From contig CAXXGO010000003.1 in assembly GCA_963666835.2 (NCBI GenBank), positions 160,001 through 224,000 of the forward strand: 64,000 bases of DNA. The letters are read 5' to 3'. The notes below the pieces were generated by a model. It saw only the letters and a program-made list of their open reading frames with translations, was not told the origin of the DNA and ran no database searches. Below, piece by piece: positions 39,914 to 47,820 of this stretch (position 1 is its first letter; each line of letters begins with the position of its first letter). This stretch comes from Phycisphaerae bacterium. Lineage in GTDB: Bacteria > Planctomycetota > Phycisphaerae > UBA1845. The translations under genes and the position numbers were made by a program.

Positions 39914-41035
39914 TTAGACGGCGGCGCGGGCAGCGCCGTCCTTTGCCTGCCGCGCGTCGTCAAGAAACGCCAGCACTTGAGTGGTCGTGCGGAATAGTCT
40001 GGAGGCCGTCTCCGTGATAAACGGACTGGGAGGGCGTTCGGGCTTCCACACCACATACACCTGACGGCCGTGCTCGTACGCGTGGTGCAGTTCCCGCTCC
40101 ACTCCGCTCGATATCGCCGGGGTGCCGTCGGGAAGCTCAGGAACCAAGCTGATGATCATGTCCGACTGGTCGATCAACTGAAAATCACGCGCGTAGATCT
40201 GCCCGTCAATGTCGCCGGCAAGCTCGAGTAGTTGCTTGGCGGACACTTGATAATTCTGGGTTGCCCCGTCCGGCCCGGACATTTGGCTTTCAACGAAGTC
40301 GCGGCCCTCCTTGGTAGCGGCGATCGCAGCGTCCACCAGGTGCTTCTCATCAACGTCCACCGGATCGAACACAATAAGCCGGTCAGCTAGTTCAAGCCGA
40401 AACGCATCGATTTCCGCGATGACCTCGGGCATCCCGACCACGTGGGTCATGGGGTACGAAACATAAGCCTTGGGGAGGTGCGGTTGAGTAATGAGGCGAA
40501 AGCACGTTCGCATGGTTCCGCCGGTTTTCCCGCGAGGCAGAACATAGCAGGAATTGGCACAACCCAGAGCCAAGGCCAGCAGCTCTGTCGCGAGTATCTC
40601 CTCCTCCCGCCAGACCAAAGTGTCCTTGAGCGTGGCGTCCACCTTGTGTTTGCACATCAGCCGGTGGTGTACCGCATCAACCGAGTCCACCAGACAGATG
40701 AACATGTCAGGGCGGAGTCGCTCAATCTGGTCGAAGTCAAAGGCGCGAAAGAGGCTGTGACGCCACCGGAATGTGGCATGCGTATTGACGATGATGTTAG
40801 GACGCCCCTCTGCCTCCCTGAGAATATCCTTGAATACGGAACGGCGAAGGGTGTGCAAACGACTCAACGGTAAATCGAGGATTCGGCCCGGCGGTACGTC
40901 CGGAGCATCCGCATACATGCGATCGCCGACGTGAAAAGCAGCTAATCCGCTCCGAGAATCCCGGGTGATGCGCTCGACGCCACGCAGATACTCCTGCTTG
41001 TCGAGTCCTACCTGGCCGGTCAAAACTGCTCGCAT
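39914..41035 (-). CDS. Fusion of an archaeal-type adenylate-kinase-like P-loop domain and a nucleoside 2-deoxyribosyltransferase-like domain
   Basis: N-terminal VLTGQVGLDK, VGDRM, IIVNTH, LRPDMFICLVD; C-terminal YVSYPMT, ARDFQLIDQSD, SSGVERELHHAYEHGRQVYVV. Confidence 0.65.
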   Translation of the reverse strand: MRAVLTGQVGLDKQEYLRGVERITRDSRSGLAAFHVGDRMYADAPDVPPGRILDLPLSRLHTLRRSVFKDILREAEGRPNIIVNTHATFRWRHSLFRAFDFDQIERLRPDMFICLVDSVDAVHHRLMCKHKVDATLKDTLVWREEEILATELLALALGCANSCYVLPRGKTGGTMRTCFRLITQPHLPKAYVSYPMTHVVGMPEVIAEIDAFRLELADRLIVFDPVDVDEKHLVDAAIAATKEGRDFVESQMSGPDGATQNYQVSAKQLLELAGDIDGQIYARDFQLIDQSDMIISLVPELPDGTPAISSGVERELHHAYEHGRQVYVVWKPERPPSPFITETASRLFRTTTQVLAFLDDARQAKDGAARAAV

Positions 41036-41128
41036 TGGGTTGAAGCCTTCTTTTTATTCGAGCGCCAACGCTGCGGCCCGGGGGTGGACGCTCATCAACG
41101 TCCGAGTCAGCCGCAGCAAACGCCCGAG

Positions 41129-41194
41129 AGTATAACGATCGCGATTACCGGCATGATGAAGTCCGCATGAATCTACTATGAAGATTCCGTAAAG
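41129..41194 (-). promoter_or_regulatory. Pho-box-like array and -10 element upstream of the kinase-NDT gene
   Basis: Minus strand reads CTTTAC-N5-CTTCAT-N5-ATTCAT-N5-CTTCAT (11-bp period, 41156-41194); TATACT at 41129-41134. Confidence 0.65.
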
Positions 41195-41211
41195 GTCGGG
41201 GCGTGGCGCAT

Positions 41212-41251
41212 CTTAACGAGAAGTTAACATTGCTCTTATCTGATCCTCACA
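41212..41251 (+). promoter_or_regulatory. Pho-box-like array upstream of the pseudo-receiver regulator
   Basis: CTTAAC (41212), GTTAAC (41223), CTTATC (41235), CTCACA (41246); spacing 11, 12, 11. Confidence 0.6.
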
Positions 41252-41261
41252 ATTCTGTGTT

Positions 41262-42038
41262 ATGAGCATGTCTGAGGAGGTGAGGCAAGTGAGGCACAAC
41301 GGGGTACGGATGATACGAACGGAACTGGAAACGCCGCGTCAGAGGGCGAATCGGGCGCGGCTTGTCATCGTGGCCGAGAAGGAAGCGGAATCCCCGTTGG
41401 ATCTGAACCGGCACCTTGAGGAGGCGGGCTACTCTTGTTGTCAGGTGGTCGATGAAGACCGTCTGGTTCTGTCGGTGAGACGACGGGTCCCCGATCTGGT
41501 CATTCTAAACCGCACCCAGGCGGTGAACGAGGGTCGGAATCTCATCGCGGAACTCAGGCAGGATCCCCTTACCGCGGATATCCCGATCGTCGTGGTGATT
41601 CCCCGCGGCGGCACAACCGAGACCCTGATTGCGTTCGCTCTGGGGGCGGATGAGTGTCTTAGCCGCCCATTTTCCGCGCGGCTTTTCGTGGCCCGCGTAA
41701 CCGCCCTGTTGCGGCGCGCTCAGCCCGTTAGGGCTATCAGTGACGAAACGCACATCGGTCCTATATACGTGGATCCGGCGGCATGCACGGTCGAAGTTGA
41801 AGGCGAGCCCGTGCGGCTCACTCCGACGGAATTCAATCTGCTCTGGGCGGTGACGTCCAACGGTGATCGGGTGACCCGAAGGGGCGACCTGCTTAGAACC
41901 GTCTTTGCGACGACGGATCCTACCGATCGGCGGATCGATGTTCACATGGCCAGCCTGCGCAAGAAGCTGGGAGATGCCGGTGAGTGGCTCCAGACTATAC
42001 GCGGCGCCGGCTATGCATACCGCGCCCCGCAGGAGTGA
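41262..42038 (+). CDS. Atypical OmpR/PhoB-family regulator with a degenerate receiver domain
   Basis: Winged helix LTPTEF...DRRIDVHMASLRKKL...TIRGAGY. Receiver has ILNRT in place of ILDRM and SRPFS in place of TKPFS. Start may be the GTG at 41289 after GAGGAGG. Confidence 0.85.
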   Translation: MSMSEEVRQVRHNGVRMIRTELETPRQRANRARLVIVAEKEAESPLDLNRHLEEAGYSCCQVVDEDRLVLSVRRRVPDLVILNRTQAVNEGRNLIAELRQDPLTADIPIVVVIPRGGTTETLIAFALGADECLSRPFSARLFVARVTALLRRAQPVRAISDETHIGPIYVDPAACTVEVEGEPVRLTPTEFNLLWAVTSNGDRVTRRGDLLRTVFATTDPTDRRIDVHMASLRKKLGDAGEWLQTIRGAGYAYRAPQE

Positions 42039-42141
42039 ATGGTCTTTCATTAGTCCCCGGTATCGGGCCGTGCAGGCCCGTTGTCACCAACGATTCAGGA
42101 AACGGCGGTTTTGCCTGCGAACGAGTTCTGGTTTGCGCATT

Positions 42142-42180
42142 CTTAATCCGGTTTTAACTGCGCCTTAGTTGTATCTTTAC
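42142..42180 (+). promoter_or_regulatory. Pho-box-like array upstream of the lamin-tail protein
   Basis: CTTAAT-N5-TTTAAC-N5-CTTAGT-N5-CTTTAC, exact 11-bp period. Confidence 0.7.
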
Positions 42181-42300
42181 GGCCCGCGATCGAAGATCTT
42201 GCGCGTTGCGAAAAAAGCGGCCTGGTGGCGGCTTGAGCGTAGTATCCAGGAGCGGAGCGGACAAATGGCTGAAGAACAGAGGAAAGGAGCACGGGGAATC

Positions 42301-45285
42301 ATGAGCGTTAATCGCGGAATTCGCGGGCTTTCGGGGAGGATCCTGCTAAGTGTGATCCTGGCCGGGGCATTGCTGGCACCGGCCTACGCGCAGGTGGCAA
42401 TCAACGAGGTCCGGATCGATCAGACGAGCACGGATAACGATGAGTATATGGAGCTTGCAGGCGGGAGCGGCACGGCGCTCGATGGGCTGACCTACTTGGT
42501 AATCGGCGATGGCAGCGGCGGAAGCGGCGTTATTGAGGCCGTGGTCGACCTCACCGGATTCGCCATCCCGACTGGTGGGTTCTTCGTTGCCGCGGAATCG
42601 ACCTTCACGGCGGGTACCGCCGACATGGTGACCAGTCTCAATTTCGAAAACAGCGACAACGTCACGCACATGGTCGTAAGCGGGTTTAGCGGAGCCGATG
42701 GCGACGACCTGGACACGGACGATGACGGCGTGCTCGACGTTACCCCTTGGACTGCGATCGTCGATTGTGTTGCCTTGATCGAGACGGTCGGCTCGGGCGA
42801 TTTGGTGTACTGCAGCGAGACCGTCGGACCGGACGGCTCCTATGTGCCCGGACACGCGTATCGGTGTCCGGATCAGAGCGGCAGTTGGGTGATTGGTTCC
42901 TTCGATCTGGGTGTTGACGATACGCCCGGGGCTGCGAATGCCTGTGTAGTCCCGACCGGAGCCTGCTGTGATGAGACCAGCGGCGATTGCACTGAGGATG
43001 TGACCGAGGCAAGCTGCACCGGAGCCGGCAACCGCTACGGTGGTGACGACTCGACTTGTGCTACTATCGACCCGCCGTGTGTGGGGATTGCCACGGGGGC
43101 CTGTTGCGTGGCCCACGCATGTATCGACGACCTTACCGAGGCCGATTGCACTCCTCAGGGCGGCGTGTTCCAGGGCGGCGGAAGCACTTGCGCTTCCACA
43201 ACCTGCCCGACCCCGCCGTCGGTCATCATCAGTGAGATCATGTACAACCCCAACAGTAACGAAGGCAGCAGCCCGGATTACATCAATCTCGTCGAATGGG
43301 TCGAAATCTACAACAATGGAGACACAACTGTCGACATCACCGGTTGGGGATTGATGGATGAGGACCCCAGCGGCGATTGGCTGGCAGCGGGCCCCATTCC
43401 GGCGGCTACGATTGCTGCAGGTGAGGCCGTTGTGCTTATCCCCGGCCCGGATACTCAGGGAGGGGCATCGCCTGGTCTGAGCGTTGCCGATTTCCAGGCC
43501 GCGTGGGGTGCGGGCTATCAGGTGGTCCCCATCGATAACTGGGGCGACAACCTCTACAGCTTGTCCAACAGTCCCGACCTGACCAGTGAGATCGTGACTC
43601 TGACGGACGCATCGGGTGTGGCCGTCGACGTCGCCAACTACGACGACTCCTACCCCACGGACAACGGCTGGCCCAATCCCTTCCCCGGGGGCCCGAGCAT
43701 CTACGTTAAGTGTTTCGCCCTCGATGGTGCTCAGAACGACCTGGGCACCAGTTGGGATCTGTCGACGGACGGCGTCGACGGGGCCTTCATCGTAACGCCC
43801 ACCGCCGTCTTTGACGGAGTGGACGTCGGTTCGCCTGGGTTCGTCTTCGAGTGTTCCGGGTTGGTCGGGGCATGTTGCGACTGGGCCACCTACACTTGTA
43901 CTGACGACGTGGCAGCCGTCGATTGCCAGGGAGACGATCAGGAATGGACTGCAAGCACGCTATGCTCGGAACTCGATCCGCCGTGCCTGCCGCCGGTGTA
44001 CACCGGAGCGTGCTGCTTCGCGGGTTTCTGTGCCGATGATCTCGAGCAGGCCGATTGCGAGGCCGGCGGCGGTGTATACCAGGGCGATGACAGTCTCTGC
44101 AGCGGCGTCACCTGTCCGGCAGGTCCCGCGGTTGTGATCAACGAGGTCCGGATCGATCAGTCCTCGGCGGATGACGACGAGTACTTCGAGCTGGCCGGCG
44201 ATGCCGGGGCGTCCTTGGATGGGCTCACCTATCTCGTCATCGGTGACGGCGACGGGGATGGCGGGACGGTCGAGGCGGTGATTCCGCTGACTGGTTCGGC
44301 AATCCCGGGTAGCGGCTTCTTCGTGGCGGCCGAGAGCACTTTCACGCTGGGTACCGCGGACTTGGTCACGAATATCAACTTCGAAAACAGCGACAACGTG
44401 ACTCACCTGCTGGTTGCCGGGTTCAGCGGCGCGGACGGTGATGATCTCGATACCGATGACGATTGTGTGTTGGACGTCATGCCGTGGGCCGGGGAGTATG
44501 ATCGGGTTGCGTTGGTTGAGACGGACAACCCGCCCGTGGACACTGAATGCCACTATGGTCCGGCGCAAGTCGGTCCGGACGGCACCTATGTGCCGGGGCA
44601 CGCCTACCGCTGTGCGGATCTTTCCGGTACCTGGCGCCTTGGCGGCTTCACCCTGGGTGAAGATGATACGCCCGGCGCCGCGAACGCTTGTGGCGCTTGC
44701 TGTGCGGACGGGGCTTGCAGCGAAGGCTCCTGCGGCGAGTGCGCCGGTGCCTTCCAGGGCACGGGGTCGGTTTGCACCACCGAGCAGGCCTGCTGTCTGC
44801 CCGATGGCACCTGCACGATGGCGGATGTTCTCTGTTGCGAAAACGAGCTCGGCGGTACTCCGCAGGGTGACGGTTCCGAGTGCGGCGGGATGGAAGCGTG
44901 CTGCCTGGGCGACGGCACTTGCACGATGGCCGACGCTCTGTGCTGCGTCAACGAGCTTGGCGGCACCCCGCAAGGTCCGAGCAGCATCTGCGAAGGTGAT
45001 ACCGATTCCGACGGCCTTGACGGAGCCTGTGGCGACGAATGCCCGCTTGACGCCGACAAGTACGTGCCCGGCCTGTGTGGATGCGGGACTCCCGACGTCG
45101 ACACCGACGGCGACGGAGTGCCGGACTGCAACGACTTGTGCCCGGGTGTGGATGACGACGCTTTTGGTCCTGGATGTGCCGATGCGATTCCGACGGTTTC
45201 GCAGTGGGGTCTCGTAGTCCTGGCCCTTTTGCTGCTGACCGTGAGTAAGGTCCGTTTTGCCGGTCGTTCTACAACGGCTGCGTAG
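42301..45285 (+). CDS. Secreted lamin-tail-domain-like, Cys-rich IPTL-CTERM protein
   Basis: AAAGGAG RBS, signal peptide (PAYA|Q), three INE/ISE...E.VE/EL...(T/S)PG modules, GACC repeats, C-terminus IPTVSQWGLVVLALLLLTVSKVRF. Confidence 0.85.
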   Translation: MSVNRGIRGLSGRILLSVILAGALLAPAYAQVAINEVRIDQTSTDNDEYMELAGGSGTALDGLTYLVIGDGSGGSGVIEAVVDLTGFAIPTGGFFVAAESTFTAGTADMVTSLNFENSDNVTHMVVSGFSGADGDDLDTDDDGVLDVTPWTAIVDCVALIETVGSGDLVYCSETVGPDGSYVPGHAYRCPDQSGSWVIGSFDLGVDDTPGAANACVVPTGACCDETSGDCTEDVTEASCTGAGNRYGGDDSTCATIDPPCVGIATGACCVAHACIDDLTEADCTPQGGVFQGGGSTCASTTCPTPPSVIISEIMYNPNSNEGSSPDYINLVEWVEIYNNGDTTVDITGWGLMDEDPSGDWLAAGPIPAATIAAGEAVVLIPGPDTQGGASPGLSVADFQAAWGAGYQVVPIDNWGDNLYSLSNSPDLTSEIVTLTDASGVAVDVANYDDSYPTDNGWPNPFPGGPSIYVKCFALDGAQNDLGTSWDLSTDGVDGAFIVTPTAVFDGVDVGSPGFVFECSGLVGACCDWATYTCTDDVAAVDCQGDDQEWTASTLCSELDPPCLPPVYTGACCFAGFCADDLEQADCEAGGGVYQGDDSLCSGVTCPAGPAVVINEVRIDQSSADDDEYFELAGDAGASLDGLTYLVIGDGDGDGGTVEAVIPLTGSAIPGSGFFVAAESTFTLGTADLVTNINFENSDNVTHLLVAGFSGADGDDLDTDDDCVLDVMPWAGEYDRVALVETDNPPVDTECHYGPAQVGPDGTYVPGHAYRCADLSGTWRLGGFTLGEDDTPGAANACGACCADGACSEGSCGECAGAFQGTGSVCTTEQACCLPDGTCTMADVLCCENELGGTPQGDGSECGGMEACCLGDGTCTMADALCCVNELGGTPQGPSSICEGDTDSDGLDGACGDECPLDADKYVPGLCGCGTPDVDTDGDGVPDCNDLCPGVDDDAFGPGCADAIPTVSQWGLVVLALLLLTVSKVRFAGRSTTAA

Positions 45286-45310
45286 AAACTCGCGGACGAT
45301 AACCTGACTG

Positions 45311-45343
45311 GCGGCCGGGGGCTTCGCTCGCTCCCGGCCGCTA
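45311..45343. terminator. GC-rich hairpin between convergent genes
   Basis: GCGGCCGGG...CCCGGCCGC stem just downstream of the 45285 stop. Confidence 0.5.
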
Positions 45344-45511
45344 TTGTATAGGTGCAGGCGATGACGCCGCGGGTGCATAGTCTGTTAAGGCTGCGATCGA
45401 CGCGGGAAACGCCGGGAATGTGATGACCATGGCACCCGGCGCATACCTTACCGCCGTCACTTACTCAGGCGGGGACAACGCTCGATGATCCGAGTATCCA
45501 ACCGTTTTCGG

Positions 45512-46798
45512 TTAGCCGCGGCTCCTTTTCCGTACCAGGCGAGCGTAGGACCGGTCGAGCATCCGCTCATACTGTTTGGACCCTGCCAAGTCGTAGTACT
45601 TTGGCCCACGACATTGCGCCGTCGATCCCTGACTCGGTCCGCTGCCGCTCCGCTCCGTAACGTTCACGATGCAGCGAAGAGCCCCGCCTCTGGTGTATAC
45701 GCGGGATACATCGATAGTCTCTACGTCAAACCCTAAGCCGAGGTAGATAGCCGCGGCAGCACGATCCAAATCCGGAATGTCATAGGTCGGCATATACAAA
45801 GTTCTTCTGCCGCCTCGGTGGTCCATCAGAACGTTGTTGTACGTGATCATCCAGCCTTCGCTCGAGTTCACCAGTGCGGGCAGGCGGATCACCTTGTATC
45901 CGCGGTTCAGGGCAAGCGAAGCTATATCATCCAGCCGATCCTGTGTCGTATCGGATTCGCAGGCGTTGAATCCTGCAACAACATCGTCTGAATCGTCATC
46001 CGAATACCGCGTCAGGATCAGCTCGGCCATTCGCGGATTCGCAATAAGAACGGTGTCATCGGAAACTGGTGTCAAATACATGTCGACGTGGCACCAAGGT
46101 ACGTCGCCGTCCTTGCCGGCCACAGGGATGTACGTGCGCCCGAACACGGTGCTCAGCTCATTAGCGACAGCCGACCTTCCGATAGCGATATTCTCATTCA
46201 GGACATTCGCGCCCACAAAGACATGCCTTAGGTTGGAGACAACATTGCCGCCCTCCAGGTGAAGGTGCGTATCCAACGTGCGGGGCAGCAGTTGTGCCTC
46301 GGTCAGTAGCTCCAAGGCCAGAAGGTCGTTCCGTTTCTCGGGCTCGTAGGAGTCGTTACCGGCCGGAACGAAGCTGGAGACTTCCTGCGAGGACTGCTCC
46401 TGCTGCCGCGCGATGTATCGATCGCGAGCCCAGATGGATATCGGGAAGCCGACGTTTACGACGTCTACCGCCCAATGCTCGGTTGCCGTTCCCCACGTGT
46501 CGGAAAAGTCTTCGGCGGCCGAGGCGGAGGGGCAGATTACGGTCACCTGGACGCCCGTTGGCAAAACCCGGAAGAGATCCTCGTAAACCGGGGCCAGCTC
46601 ACTACTCAGCCCCGGATCGTAGTGCAGGAGAATAGCGGCGATGGCTCCCTCTGAGTCCGCCAGTACATTTGCCCCGGCCTCAGCGGGTACCTGCAAGGTC
46701 TGCCCGTTAACCTCCCCGGTGGTTGCCAAGAGGGCGACGAACAGTACGGCAGTCGTGAAGACGTACCACTGCCTGAACCCCGATAACCTAACCTTCAC
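45512..46798 (-). CDS. Secreted agmatine/peptidylarginine deiminase-like (pentein) protein
   Basis: N-terminal signal or anchor; IWARD, LEGGN, HVDMY, TYNN, GGALRC (catalytic Cys position). Confidence 0.75.
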   Translation of the reverse strand: MKVRLSGFRQWYVFTTAVLFVALLATTGEVNGQTLQVPAEAGANVLADSEGAIAAILLHYDPGLSSELAPVYEDLFRVLPTGVQVTVICPSASAAEDFSDTWGTATEHWAVDVVNVGFPISIWARDRYIARQQEQSSQEVSSFVPAGNDSYEPEKRNDLLALELLTEAQLLPRTLDTHLHLEGGNVVSNLRHVFVGANVLNENIAIGRSAVANELSTVFGRTYIPVAGKDGDVPWCHVDMYLTPVSDDTVLIANPRMAELILTRYSDDDSDDVVAGFNACESDTTQDRLDDIASLALNRGYKVIRLPALVNSSEGWMITYNNVLMDHRGGRRTLYMPTYDIPDLDRAAAAIYLGLGFDVETIDVSRVYTRGGALRCIVNVTERSGSGPSQGSTAQCRGPKYYDLAGSKQYERMLDRSYARLVRKRSRG

Positions 46799-47112
46799 GC
46801 TTGTTCTCCGCGACGAACGCAGTACGCGGCCTGCCGTGCCCGGCTTCCGGTCGCAAGACGATTCCCCGGTGGGATCGCACCTTGCGCCCGGGGGCGGTGA
46901 TTACCCGCGCGCTCTATCTTGAGATTGTCGGCCGCCACTCTGAGCGCAGGATGAACCCGGCATTAAAACGCCTTAATCTTCGCAACGTAGACCTCAATCC
47001 ACTGTTGCCGGACGAAATAAGCGTCGGATAATGGCGTTCTGGATGTGCCGGTTCCGTGGTCTAGTTGCGTTGCCTTTGGGGGCGACATCAGAACAACCAT
47101 CGAGGGACGGGG

Positions 47113-47814
47113 ATGCGAGTCTTGGTGATCGAAGACAATCCGAAGATGGCCGGGCTGCTCCGGCAGGGGTTGACCGAGAACGGATACGCCGTTGATGTCG
47201 TTACCTCCGGTCGCGAAGGCGAGGAGCTGGCGGCGGGCCACCCCTATGACGCCGTCGTCCTTGACGTCATGCTGCCCGACCTTGACGGGCTTCAGATATG
47301 CGCCAACCTGCGGCGGCAACGTGTGGCCACCCCCATTCTGATGCTCACCGCTCTTTCCACGACGGGTGACAAGGTCAAAGGCCTCGATGCCGGTGCCGAC
47401 GACTATCTGACCAAGCCTTTTGAGCTCGAGGAACTACTCGCTCGTCTCCGGGCTCTGCTGCGCCGCGGCAAGGGGCAGGGGGCCACAAGGCTGAAGTTTG
47501 CGGATCTCAAACTCGACCTGCTGACGCGAAGGGTCACGCGGAGCGGCATGCAGATCAAGCTCTCGTCACGGGAGTTTGCCCTGCTGGAGTATTTCATGCG
47601 AAATCCCGATCGCGTGCTGAGTCGAACGGCGATTGCCGAGCACGTCTGGGACATGAATTTCGATAGCGACAGCAACGTCATTGACGTCTACGTCAGCATG
47701 TTGAGACGAAAGATGGATCGCGGTTTCGAGCAACGACTGATCCATACAATCATCGGCTCCGGATATGTTCTTCGAGCAGAGAACGATGCCGGCCGTTCAG
47801 GGCCGAGTGAGTAG
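47113..47814 (+). CDS. OmpR-family response regulator (CusR/CzcR-like)
   Basis: MRVLVIED, LDVMLP, GLDAGADDYLTKPF, EHVWDMNFDSDSNVIDVYV. Confidence 0.92.
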   Translation: MRVLVIEDNPKMAGLLRQGLTENGYAVDVVTSGREGEELAAGHPYDAVVLDVMLPDLDGLQICANLRRQRVATPILMLTALSTTGDKVKGLDAGADDYLTKPFELEELLARLRALLRRGKGQGATRLKFADLKLDLLTRRVTRSGMQIKLSSREFALLEYFMRNPDRVLSRTAIAEHVWDMNFDSDSNVIDVYVSMLRRKMDRGFEQRLIHTIIGSGYVLRAENDAGRSGPSE

Positions 47815-47820
47815 CGCAAC

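Noticed and set aside
39914..41035. Anti-phage defence role for the kinase-NDT fusion
   Set aside because: No neighbouring effector or defence-island genes and the context is phosphate-related. Not excluded, but unsupported.
43960..45378. 472-aa minus-strand ORF (likewise 48391..49602, 16673..17857, 56396..57535)
   Set aside because: Antisense to clearly identifiable genes.
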